A stretch of DNA of 64,000 nucleotides from Desulfarculaceae bacterium (lineage in GTDB: Bacteria > Desulfobacterota > Desulfocorpusculales > Desulfocorpusculum), in assembly GCA_037443445.1 (NCBI GenBank), contig JBBIOJ010000007.1, positions 69,383 to 133,382 on the forward strand. The letters run 5' to 3'. A program made the translations under genes and the position numbers. Positions 39,467 to 48,114 of the stretch are shown here, piece by piece. The stretch's first letter is position 1. Every line of letters begins with the position of its first letter. The notes beneath the pieces are model-generated. The model saw only the letters and a list, made by a program, of their open reading frames with translations. It was not told where the DNA came from and searched no databases.

Positions 39467-39739
39467 ATGGCAGGAGACTTGGGAGCAGAGCCGGGACAAG
39501 AAGGAATCAGTGTGGAGGTGAGGTTGTACTCCACCCTGAGGGCTTATGCCCCTTCAGGCCAAGAGCCTTTCTTCCTGGAACTTGCGGCCGGGGCCACTGT
39601 TTCCTCGGCCCTTGAGGCCCTTGGGATTCCGGAAAAAACGGCAAAGGTCGTGCTTCTCAACGGGAGAAACGCCTCGGCCTCGGATTCTTTGAGTCAAGGT
39701 GATCTGTTGGTCCTTTTCCCGCCAGTGGAAGGGGGATGA
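39467..39739 (+). CDS. MoaD/ThiS-family ubiquitin-like sulfur carrier protein
   Basis: About 75-90 aa ending in a diglycine (…LFPPVEGG); ISVEVRLYSTLRAY resembles a MoaD N-terminus. The true start may be the GTG near 39512. Confidence 0.6.
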   Translation: MAGDLGAEPGQEGISVEVRLYSTLRAYAPSGQEPFFLELAAGATVSSALEALGIPEKTAKVVLLNGRNASASDSLSQGDLLVLFPPVEGG

Positions 39740-39763
39740 GGGCCAGGAGAGAGGAAGCCTGCC

Positions 39764-40051
39764 ATGTTCAGAAAAGTGCTTCTGCGAAAGATCAAAGGCA
39801 GCAGCGAGGGCGGATTCCCGGATGGAACCGAAAGGGTGGGCTGGGAAAAAGAACCACCCCGGGTGGGTGCCAGGTATACTGTATACGAAGACAACGGGAA
39901 GGTTTACAGGACCAGCCTGATCCGAAAAGTCTCGGGGGATGGGTTCGTGACCTCTCATTCCACCTATGTTCTGAAGGTGCTTGAGGATTCACAGGGAAAT
40001 TCAGAATCTGGTGGGAAGCCAGACAGGTTTTCTCCTGGAGGGGGGGCTTGA
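39764..40051 (+). CDS. hypothetical small protein, paralog family member C
   Basis: MFRKVLLRKIKG...GWEKEPPRVGARYTVYEDNGKVYRTSLIRKVSGDGFVTSHSTYVLKVL; 95 aa; its stop abuts the next gene's start. Confidence 0.6.
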   Translation: MFRKVLLRKIKGSSEGGFPDGTERVGWEKEPPRVGARYTVYEDNGKVYRTSLIRKVSGDGFVTSHSTYVLKVLEDSQGNSESGGKPDRFSPGGGA

Positions 40052-40052
40052 A

Positions 40053-40445
40053 ATGAGAAAAAGGCTCTTGGAGAGGCGCGAGTTCGCGGGAATTCTCTTG
40101 GGGGCTGGCCTCAGCCTGGTTCTCCCCAGGCAGGCCATTGCCGACAAGGCCGGGGCTTTGGTTCAAGGCCCAAAGAGCGCCAGAAAGGGGGAGGAAATCA
40201 CCCTCAGGCTGACCTTCACCCACAACAGCAACACGCCATCCCATTTCGTCGAGTGGGCGCGTGTCCTGGTGAACGAGAAAGAAGTGGCCAGATGGGATTT
40301 TTCCCCAAGCCAGCTTCCCGAAGGGGCCACATTGGTGAGGGAACTCAGAATCCCTGTACAGGGTGCCTTGCGTGTGAGAGCTCAGGCAAGTTGCAACAAG
40401 CATGGCAGCAAAGGGGCTGCCTCTTTGGATGTGCAGGTGGACTAG
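40053..40445 (+). CDS. Tat-signal exported protein of unknown function (possibly SoxY/Z-like Ig-fold)
   Basis: MRKRLLERREFAGILLGAGLSL fits a twin-arginine motif (RREFAG) plus an h-region; about 130 aa; RBS GGAGGGGGG. Confidence 0.45.
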   Translation: MRKRLLERREFAGILLGAGLSLVLPRQAIADKAGALVQGPKSARKGEEITLRLTFTHNSNTPSHFVEWARVLVNEKEVARWDFSPSQLPEGATLVRELRIPVQGALRVRAQASCNKHGSKGAASLDVQVD

Positions 40446-40728
40446 TCCTCATCATTCAGGGGCATTGGGGGTACTGCAGGCTGAAGACTGTATTGGCCTG
40501 GAGCCGCACGAAGGTGCCTAGAAACGGGCCGCTTGTGCCATGTGACCCAACAAGGCTTGTTGAGAACTCCGCTGCCAAGACCCCTTCCGGGCCGGCCCGG
40601 GACAGGCAGGGTCAATCCCAAGACACGCACCTCACGCAGATGACCCCATCAGCGCCCAATGAATTGCCTTTGAGCAATTCGGGCCAAATCCCCCCGGGGT
40701 GATCAAGGCACGCCAACCAGCCAGCCCT

Positions 40729-41943
40729 TCAGCCGGTTTCTTCCCATTTGGAGGAGAGCTTTTCCCTGAGCAAGTCTCCAAAGGTGACCGGGGAGCCGGA
40801 AGGCTTTTGTTTGTAGTTCTCCAGGCTCTGGCTTGGGAACTCTTCCTCCTTGTCTTCGGCATCCACCAAGGCAAGAGAAATCCTTTTCCTTTCCACATCC
40901 AGGGATTCCACCTTGACTGCCACTTCCTGCCCTTGGGAGAGGACCTCTCTGGGATGGTTAACACGTTTTCCGGCCCCCAGGCGAGAGACGTGGACAAGCC
41001 CGTCCAGGCCGGGCTCCAGTGAGACAAAAGCCCCAAAAGCCGCCAATCTCACCACCTTCCCTGTGTGTCTGGAGCCCTCGGGATAGCGCTCCAATACCCT
41101 TTCCCAGGGATCAGGCAGGGTCTGCTTGAGGCTCAGGGTGATACGATCCCTATCCCAATCCAGTTGAAGAATGGAAACCTGTACCTCCTGGCCCACACTC
41201 AAGTGATCCCTTAGTTGCTGAACCCTTTCCCAGGAGATCTCGGAGACCGGCAGCAAGCCCTGCACCCCACCTAGGTCTACAAAGGCTCCGAAATCCCTAA
41301 GAGAAACAACCTTCCCGTTGACAATCATTCCTTCCTTGAGGACCTCTCTGAGCTGCTCCTTTCGTCGGGCCCTTTCCTCTTCCAGCAAAGCCCTCCTGGA
41401 GAGCACAAGCCGCCTTCCGCCTTCTGCGTACTCAATGATCCTGAATTGGAGCCTCTGGCCCGAGAAACCAGATGGGTCGGCCACCCTGTGCAGTTCCATG
41501 TGAGAGAAGGGACAAAAACCCCTCAATCCCCCGGCCACCCGGATCTCAAAACCCCCCTTCACCTCCCGCTCCACAGTTCCTTCCACCGGAATGGAATTCT
41601 GGTATGCCTCCTGAAGGAAGTTCCTGGCTGCTTGACCTCCGGTGATCCTGGTGGTGAAGACCCGCTCATTGTTGCGGGTGGCCAGATAATAAGCCCAAAC
41701 CGTATCTCCGACCTGCAAGGTGAAGTTCCCGGACTCGTCCAAGAACTCCTTTCTGTCTATGACACCCTCGCTCTTGCCTCCCATGTCCAGGAAAACCCAC
41801 TCGGGGGTTATCTGCACCACCACCCCCTGGACACGTTGCCCCCGGTCGAAACGCTCCCGCTCCAGCTGAGTCTCTGCCAAGAGCTCGGCAAAACTTTTCT
41901 CTTCTGAAGCCTCCTGCAGATCTTCCATGTCTATAGGAGCCAT
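40729..41943 (-). CDS. S1 RNA-binding domain protein (four tandem S1 domains; ribosomal protein S1-like)
   Basis: Repeated G..V.G.V......GAFV.L pattern four times; 404 aa. Confidence 0.8.
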   Translation of the reverse strand: MAPIDMEDLQEASEEKSFAELLAETQLERERFDRGQRVQGVVVQITPEWVFLDMGGKSEGVIDRKEFLDESGNFTLQVGDTVWAYYLATRNNERVFTTRITGGQAARNFLQEAYQNSIPVEGTVEREVKGGFEIRVAGGLRGFCPFSHMELHRVADPSGFSGQRLQFRIIEYAEGGRRLVLSRRALLEEERARRKEQLREVLKEGMIVNGKVVSLRDFGAFVDLGGVQGLLPVSEISWERVQQLRDHLSVGQEVQVSILQLDWDRDRITLSLKQTLPDPWERVLERYPEGSRHTGKVVRLAAFGAFVSLEPGLDGLVHVSRLGAGKRVNHPREVLSQGQEVAVKVESLDVERKRISLALVDAEDKEEEFPSQSLENYKQKPSGSPVTFGDLLREKLSSKWEETG

Positions 41944-42051
41944 GAACCCCTCTCATGTGAATTTGAAGGCCTTCTGTGGCCTCGGGCAGGATCTCACGCT
42001 TAGATTATGCTCCCCCGTCGGCTTTCTGTCCAGGGCAAGGCTTCCGGGGCC

Positions 42052-42693
42052 TTAGCTCCCCCTCATTTTACGCGCCAGCTCCACGGCCCTGCTTGCCAGA
42101 GCCACTGCAGCTTCCAGCCCCCAGGAATCCTCCAGGACTCCGTGACGCACCTTCCTGTCGAAGCCGCCGGTGCCTGCTTGGGAGGCCACAGCAGGGGCCC
42201 CCCACGGGCAGTGGGGGGTGCTCACCGGGATCATGCCCAGTGTCAGAAAACCAGCCACCACGCTCTGAAGCGAGGTCTCAAGCCCTGCGTGCCTGTACCA
42301 TCCCACGGCTAGGGCTCCGCCCACCTTGTTTGTCAGCGGTCCTTTGTAAACCTTCCCGTAGATAAAGGCCCTTAGGCGGTCCATGAAGCTGGCCAGGTAA
42401 CCCGAGAGCCTTCCTATGTAAACAGGGGTGGCAAGCAATAGCACCTCTGCCTCCAGCACCAAGGGATATATTTCTGCCATGTCGTCCCTTTGGACACAGA
42501 ACTCCTCAGGAGTCTGTTTGGCCATGCACCAGTTGCAGTGTTTGCAGCCTTCCACCCGCTTTCCGGCAAGGGTAACCATTCGGGCTTCCACATCCGGCTC
42601 TGCCTGGGCCCTCTCCAGGGCCCTGCGCAAGAAAACCTCAGTGTTGCCTCCCGCAACCGGGCTGGAACAGACACCAAGCACCTTCACCTGCAT
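42052..42693 (-). CDS. NADPH-dependent FMN reductase / iron-sulfur flavoprotein (Isf-like)
   Basis: Flavodoxin-like fold (VLGVCSSP...LLLATPVY) with a Cys cluster GCKHCNWC. Confidence 0.6.
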   Translation of the reverse strand: MQVKVLGVCSSPVAGGNTEVFLRRALERAQAEPDVEARMVTLAGKRVEGCKHCNWCMAKQTPEEFCVQRDDMAEIYPLVLEAEVLLLATPVYIGRLSGYLASFMDRLRAFIYGKVYKGPLTNKVGGALAVGWYRHAGLETSLQSVVAGFLTLGMIPVSTPHCPWGAPAVASQAGTGGFDRKVRHGVLEDSWGLEAAVALASRAVELARKMRGS

Positions 42694-42858
42694 GGCCCAC
42701 CTCCAAGCCTGAAAGCATCTAAATGGCTCTTTCTGCCTGAAGCACTATAAGCCACAGGCTCAAGGATTTGCAAATCTCGATGGAAACCCAAGTAAACCTT
42801 CCAGGGAATCGATTCGTCAAGAAAACCAGTTTTTCAATCTCAAACAAGGAGGAGCAAG

Positions 42859-43344
42859 ATGAAGGGACTGTGGGTTATCTTCTTGGTGGTAGCCGCCATG
42901 GGGGTGGGGCCATTGGGGCTTCTGGAGAGTGGGGCCGTAACCAGCAATCCGCAATGCGTGCAAGATGCCAGAGATGATTTCAAAGAGTGCCTTTCCACCT
43001 GCAGGGAGACCTTTCAGGTCATCAGGGACCTGTGTCGCAACGTGGAGCACGACTGTGCCGAACAGTGCAGGCAGGGATTCCTGGAGTGCGCAGCTCCTTT
43101 CGTGCAGGAGCTGGAAGAGTGCAAGCAGGATTGCGAGGCCGGGAGAGATCAGGCAGTGCTGCAGTGTAGACAGCAGCATCAAGGCGATCCCGCGGCCCTT
43201 GACGACTGCATAGACGCCGCCCAGGTCCAATCTTTCATGTGCAGGGACCAATGCAGAGAGCAAACCCAGATCCGAAGCGAATTGAGGCAATGCAGGAGGG
43301 AGTTTAGGTCCTGCATCCAGGCCTGCCCTGCTGCAATTCCTTGA
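42859..43344 (+). CDS. secreted cysteine-rich protein (16 Cys; five CX3C motifs), function unknown
   Basis: N-terminal signal peptide MKGLWVIFLVVAAMGVG; Cys pairs CLSTC, DCAEQC, ECKQDC, MCRDQC, SCIQAC; followed by a hairpin terminator. Confidence 0.55.
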   Translation: MKGLWVIFLVVAAMGVGPLGLLESGAVTSNPQCVQDARDDFKECLSTCRETFQVIRDLCRNVEHDCAEQCRQGFLECAAPFVQELEECKQDCEAGRDQAVLQCRQQHQGDPAALDDCIDAAQVQSFMCRDQCREQTQIRSELRQCRREFRSCIQACPAAIP

Positions 43345-43378
43345 TTGTTCCACACCGGGATTTTACCCTTTTTCCGGG

Positions 43379-43405
43379 GCCTCCCCAGAGCTTCCCGGGG
43401 AGGCC
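43379..43405 (+). terminator. candidate intrinsic terminator hairpin (GGCCTCCCC-loop-GGGGAGGCC) followed by TTCCTGTTC
   Basis: 9-bp perfect GC-rich stem with a 9-nt loop, 35 nt after the stop of the Cys-rich gene. Confidence 0.5.
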
Positions 43406-43641
43406 TTCCTGTTCATGCGCTGATTCTTCAAGACCGGCGGTCATGGAACTAAAAGCCTGGGTGGGGTTTTCCATGCTTTGAGCCAGGCCCCGGGCCCACT
43501 TGGCTTTTTTTCCCTTCCCCCGCAGGGAAGAGCCCTGGGGCGAGACCCCCTTGGGCTTGGGGAGCACGGGTGGTACAATGCACTTCCTTTTTTTTCTGTC
43601 GCGCCGTTGACCGAGGCTCTGAGGGGAAGGGGGTTGGGAGG

Positions 43642-44094
43642 ATGAAGGGAAAGAGCATAGGGGAGCTCAGGCCAGGGGATTTTGCCGAGTTCTCCAAGAC
43701 CGTCACAGAGGCGGATGTGGTGCTCCTGGCCGGCATCACCGGGGACTTCAACCCAGCACACATGGATCAGGTGTGGGCTTCCAAGACGCGCTTCGGCGGC
43801 CGCATAGTGCACGGGATCTTCAGCGCCGGGCTCATCTCCGCGGCCATAGGCACCAGGCTGCCGGGGCCCGGAACAATCTACTTGTCTCAGGAGCTCAAGT
43901 TCCTCTCCCCTGTGCGCATCGGGGACACCCTCACAGCCAGGGTGGAGGTTGTGGAGATCCTGGAGCGCAGGAACCGTGCCAGGCTGCTCACCCAGGTCCG
44001 AAACCAGGCTGGAACCCTTGTTGTGGAGGGCAATGCCTGGGTGATGCCCCCGCTGCCGGAGCAGGGGGCTGATCTGAAAGAGTCGGAAACCTAG
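43642..44094 (+). CDS. MaoC-like (R)-specific enoyl-CoA hydratase/dehydratase (hot-dog fold)
   Basis: DFNPAHMD...GGRIVHG hot-dog hydratase motif; about 150 aa from MKGKSIGE. Confidence 0.75.
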   Translation: MKGKSIGELRPGDFAEFSKTVTEADVVLLAGITGDFNPAHMDQVWASKTRFGGRIVHGIFSAGLISAAIGTRLPGPGTIYLSQELKFLSPVRIGDTLTARVEVVEILERRNRARLLTQVRNQAGTLVVEGNAWVMPPLPEQGADLKESET

Positions 44095-44339
44095 GCAACA
44101 CCATTCACCAGGGGTGGGCAATGCCAGCCAAGGGCAAGATCCACTTGCACCAGGGCCACCTTGTTTGAAAACAGGGTGCTCTTGGGCAACTGGCAGCTGC
44201 AGCCGGCTCCCTGAGCTTGCGGGCCCCAGGGAAAAGAGTCGGGAGGGGAGTTCATTCAAAAGTTTCAGGCCTTGACAAGCAGGCAGATCCCACCAGAAGG
44301 ACACCCGGCAGAGCATGAAAACAAGAAGGTAGTCCAGCC

Positions 44340-45500
44340 ATGAGAGGCGATTCCCATCAGGAAGAACGCAACTGGGTCAGGTTGCGTTGGGACAAGAGGT
44401 TCCGGGAGATACTGAGGCTCAGGTCTCTGGTGCTAGCAGGCATCAGGGCTTTTTTCCAGGAGAGGGGTTTCTTGGAGATCGATGCTCCGGCTCTGGTGCC
44501 ACTTCCTGGCATGGAACCACACCTGGATCCCATGAGAGTTCAGCCTGGGCTCGGGGGGGGAGGGGAGACGGTTCTCTATCTTCACACCTCCCCCGAATAC
44601 TGTATGAAGAAGATGCTTTCTGCTGGTTTGGAGCGCATATACTACCTGGGTCACGTGTTTCGGGCAGGGGAGCTCTCCCAAACCCACAATCCCGAGTTTA
44701 CCCTCCTGGAGTGGTACAGGGCAGGAGAGGATTACAGGTCCGCTATGGCCGACTGCGAGGAGCTGGTGGGCTACCTGGCAGGCCTGCTGGGAAGAGGCCA
44801 GGAGATCCTGGGAACTTCCTCCGGTGCCCTGAGCCTGAGGCTCCCCTGGCCTCGGATTAAAGTTGGGGAGGTCATGAGGGAACACGCAGGAATGGATCTG
44901 GAGAAGGTGTCGAGCCTCGAGCAACTGGTGGATCTGGCCCGCTCCAAGGGTTACAAGGAGGTGGATGCCTCCTGGCCCTGGGAAGATGTGTTTTACAAGA
45001 TCTTCCTGCAGGAGGTGGAGCCGAGGCTACCCAAGCACAAGCCTTTTTTCCTGGTGGACTATCCTTTGGAGATGGCTTCCCTGGCCAGGAGAAAACCAGG
45101 GGCGCCCAGGTGGGCCGAACGCTTCGAGCTGTATGCTGGAGCTCTTGAGTTGGCCAATGGTTTCTCAGAACTCACTGACTCCCTAGAGCAGGAGAAAAGG
45201 CTTCTGGCTGAAAGAAAACAAAGAAAGGAAATGGGGAAGGAGGCCTTCCCCTTGGATCACTCATTCCTGGAAGCCCTGAGACAGGGAATGCCAGAAGCCA
45301 CCGGTGTTGCCCTGGGAGTGGACAGGCTGATAATGCTCCTTTCGAGCACCGAAAGCATACGAGAGGTGATGCCCTTCCCCATGGAGGACCTGCTCACGGA
45401 CCTGGACATGGCATTGGGAAGGCCCTCTTCGGAAGAGCCCTTGATCAAGGGCAAAGCCGTTCCCAATGCCCGGGCACCCAAACATCCCGGTAGGTCCTGA
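44340..45500 (+). CDS. class II aaRS-like protein, EF-P lysyl-ligase EpmA/GenX-like (LysRS catalytic-domain paralog)
   Basis: Class II motifs (FFQERGFLEIDAPAL; YLHTSPEY; FELYAGALELANGFSEL; GVALGVDRLIM) without an anticodon-binding domain. Confidence 0.6.
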   Translation: MRGDSHQEERNWVRLRWDKRFREILRLRSLVLAGIRAFFQERGFLEIDAPALVPLPGMEPHLDPMRVQPGLGGGGETVLYLHTSPEYCMKKMLSAGLERIYYLGHVFRAGELSQTHNPEFTLLEWYRAGEDYRSAMADCEELVGYLAGLLGRGQEILGTSSGALSLRLPWPRIKVGEVMREHAGMDLEKVSSLEQLVDLARSKGYKEVDASWPWEDVFYKIFLQEVEPRLPKHKPFFLVDYPLEMASLARRKPGAPRWAERFELYAGALELANGFSELTDSLEQEKRLLAERKQRKEMGKEAFPLDHSFLEALRQGMPEATGVALGVDRLIMLLSSTESIREVMPFPMEDLLTDLDMALGRPSSEEPLIKGKAVPNARAPKHPGRS

Positions 45501-45765
45501 ATCCCCTGTCGTCATAGTAGGTTCTGCGCTCCCAGCGCCCATCCACCCACACGTTTCTGCATGGCGCTGGCACCGGCACCACCACCGGGTAACTGTACAC
45601 AGGAGCCCAGGGTGCCGGATAGTACCAAGGCCCCCACCAGGGTCCCAGGCCGATCCACACGTGCGTTCTCACGTGGGCACAGGCCAAGCTGGGCAGACCC
45701 AGCAGGAACAGCGCAAACAATGCCACGGCCACGGGCTTTAGGTAAGTGAGGTTTCCCTTTCTCAT
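45445..45765 (-). CDS. small secreted Pro/Trp/Tyr-rich protein, function unknown
   Basis: Signal peptide (VAVALFALFLLGLPSLACA) then WIGLGPWWGPWYYPAPWAPVYSYPVVVPVPAP; 106 aa; overlaps the epmA-like 3' end. Confidence 0.4.
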   Translation of the reverse strand: MRKGNLTYLKPVAVALFALFLLGLPSLACAHVRTHVWIGLGPWWGPWYYPAPWAPVYSYPVVVPVPAPCRNVWVDGRWERRTYYDDRGFRTYRDVWVPGHWERLCP

Positions 45766-45792
45766 GCTTCCCCCTCCCTTCCATAGCCTTCC

Positions 45793-46824
45793 TCAACCTG
45801 GATGTTTGCCGATTTCGACACTGGAGGAGCCTCCCAGGTTTACTTCCAAGGGAGACTCTGCTGCCTCCCACCTGCTCTGGATCCTCAGATTCGGATCTGC
45901 CAAGGTGACCCTGGAGTCAGGGGGCACCGATCGGGTAAGCCAAACGTTGCCACCTATGATCGATCTGGCACCTATCACTGTGTTCCCTCCAAGAATGGTG
46001 GCGCCTGCGTAGATGATTACATCATCCTCTATGGTGGGATGCCTCTTGTACCCCCTGGCCATGGAGCCGTCCGCCTCCCTGCGTAGACTCAGGGCTCCGA
46101 GGGTCACCCCCTGATAAATCCGGACATTGTTGCCTATCTCGGTTGTCTCTCCTACGACAACACCTGTCCCGTGATCTATGAAGAAGTCGCTCCCGATGGT
46201 AGCCCCGGGGTGAATGTCTATGCCGGTCACCCTGTGGGCATACTCGGTCATGATCCTGGGCAACAGGGGTACTTCCTGGAGATGAAGCTCGTGGGCTATT
46301 CTATACACTGTCACGGCGAATATGCCGGGGTAGGAGAAGACTATCTCATCAAAGCTCCTGGCAGCAGGGTCCCCCTCATAGGCAGCTCGCACGTCTTTGG
46401 CCAGCATCTGGCGAAGTCTTGGAATCTTGGCCAGGAACTCAAGGGCTTCTTTCTGGCCTTTTTCAACGCAACGCACGCACATGCTGTCCAGACGGCGGCA
46501 CTCGTGCTGGATGCTCCTGGATATCTGAACCGATAGTTTGTCAAAAAGAGAGTTGACCTCAGTCCCTATGTGGTATTGCAAGTTCTTGCGATCCAGCTCT
46601 TGCCGGCCGAAATACCCCGGATACAGCAAATCCAACAGGTCCTTTAGTATCTCCACCACAGACTCCAGGGAAGGGATAAGGGCCGCATCTATGTGGTCAA
46701 TGCTCTCCGGCCCTGTGCAGCTCTCAACAATGCTCTCCACGATCTCCGGGAGCCTGGATCTATAGTCCCCTGTTCTCTCCATCACGGTCTTGCAGTTATC
46801 CCTGTCAGCTATGGGTTGGTTCAT
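45793..46824 (-). CDS. cysE: serine O-acetyltransferase
   Basis: N-terminal SATase domain plus a left-handed beta-helix hexapeptide repeat region (IHPGATIGSDFFIDHGTGVVVGETTEIGNNV...). Confidence 0.85.
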   Translation of the reverse strand: MNQPIADRDNCKTVMERTGDYRSRLPEIVESIVESCTGPESIDHIDAALIPSLESVVEILKDLLDLLYPGYFGRQELDRKNLQYHIGTEVNSLFDKLSVQISRSIQHECRRLDSMCVRCVEKGQKEALEFLAKIPRLRQMLAKDVRAAYEGDPAARSFDEIVFSYPGIFAVTVYRIAHELHLQEVPLLPRIMTEYAHRVTGIDIHPGATIGSDFFIDHGTGVVVGETTEIGNNVRIYQGVTLGALSLRREADGSMARGYKRHPTIEDDVIIYAGATILGGNTVIGARSIIGGNVWLTRSVPPDSRVTLADPNLRIQSRWEAAESPLEVNLGGSSSVEIGKHPG

Positions 46825-47007
46825 GTTTGACTCCTTGGCGGGGAGGTCTTATTGATCTATTCTCTAGCCTCTTTCTGTATGATTCAAGCCGTGGTTGCCT
46901 TTGGGGACTCTCGCGGATATCATGGCCGGGGATTGGCTAGGGGTTTTGGGGCCGTGGGCTCCCGATGCCGTGCTCTTGAGAGAAGACCTGGGCGAATTAT
47001 CCGGGCA

Positions 47008-48018
47008 ATGGGTAGGGCTATGGAGACCGAAACCACCCCTGAGGCTTTGGGGAAGACACCAGGAGAGGCTCGGCGCAAGTACAGGGTGGCCTTGCTTTCT
47101 GTAGGCTCCAACATGCTCTTGGTGGCCCTGAAGCTTGCGGTGGGTTTGCTCACGGGATCTGTGTCTATCTTGTCAGAAGCTGCCCACTCCGCCATGGATC
47201 TCCTGGCCGCTGTGATAGCTGCCATTGCAGTGCGCAGGGCCAGCAGGCCTGCTGACCCCGGGCATCTTTTTGGCCACGGCAAGTTCGAGAATCTCTCGGG
47301 TGCCCTGGAGGCTCTCCTGATCCTGGGGGCTGCGGGTTTCATAAGCCTGGAAGCCGTTGGGAGGCTCTTGAGGGGGGGTGAGCTGGAGTACCTGGAGCTG
47401 GGCTTGGGAGTCATGGTGGTTTCCGTGGTGGTGAACACTTTGGTGTCAGGGAGGCTGCTGAGGACCGCCCGGGAAACCGAATCCATAGCCCTGGAGGCGG
47501 ACGCTCTTCATCTGCGCACAGACGTGTGGACTTCTGCAGGGGTTTTGGGCTCCCTGGGAGTAATATACGTCTCGGACCTGCTGGTAAAGGATCCTCAGGC
47601 CAACATGAGGTTTCACGCTCTGGACCCTGTGGTGGCCCTGCTGGTGGCAGCACTAATTCTGAGGGCTGCCTGGAGCCTCCTCAAGAGGTCCTTGGAGGGC
47701 CTCTTGGATCAACCCTTGCCAGTAGAGGAAGACAGGATCATACGGGAGATCCTGGGCTCACAGGAGGAGGAATTCTTGGAGTTTCACCAACTGAGGCACA
47801 GGAGATCCGGTCCTGAACGCCACATCGACCTGCATCTAGTGGTCTCCCCCCAGGCCACGGTGGGAGAAGTTCACAGATTGTGCGACAGGATAGAGAGTCT
47901 CATACAGGAGAGATTACCCAGAGCAAAGGTGCTCATCCACACAGAGCCTTGCAAGAGGTCGGATTGTCCCAAGTGCAGGGCCAGAGAAGCCTGTGGAATC
48001 AGGGGGCAGATTCCATGA
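47008..48018 (+). CDS. cation diffusion facilitator family transporter (CzcD/FieF-like)
   Basis: Six TM helices; TM2 motif SILSEAAHSAMDL; C-terminal cytoplasmic domain. MGRAM start chosen because the upstream portion overlaps cysE. Confidence 0.75.
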   Translation: MGRAMETETTPEALGKTPGEARRKYRVALLSVGSNMLLVALKLAVGLLTGSVSILSEAAHSAMDLLAAVIAAIAVRRASRPADPGHLFGHGKFENLSGALEALLILGAAGFISLEAVGRLLRGGELEYLELGLGVMVVSVVVNTLVSGRLLRTARETESIALEADALHLRTDVWTSAGVLGSLGVIYVSDLLVKDPQANMRFHALDPVVALLVAALILRAAWSLLKRSLEGLLDQPLPVEEDRIIREILGSQEEEFLEFHQLRHRRSGPERHIDLHLVVSPQATVGEVHRLCDRIESLIQERLPRAKVLIHTEPCKRSDCPKCRAREACGIRGQIP

Positions 48019-48114
48019 TCCAGACTCATGGCAGAGGCCGACAAGAAAAGGGGCGGGTTTTTCTCTGGGTTGTACCTGAGACTGGAGGCACAGACTTGGA
48101 AAGGAGAAGCAATC

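Noticed and set aside
38822-39499. 225-aa minus-strand ORF antisense to the AOR 3' region
   Set aside because: The AOR frame is continuous with conserved C-terminal Cys motifs. The antisense ORF lacks an RBS.
43441-44316. 291-aa minus-strand ORF covering the MaoC-like gene
   Set aside because: Antisense to a hot-dog hydratase with clear motifs. The translation is Pro/Gly-rich and low-complexity.
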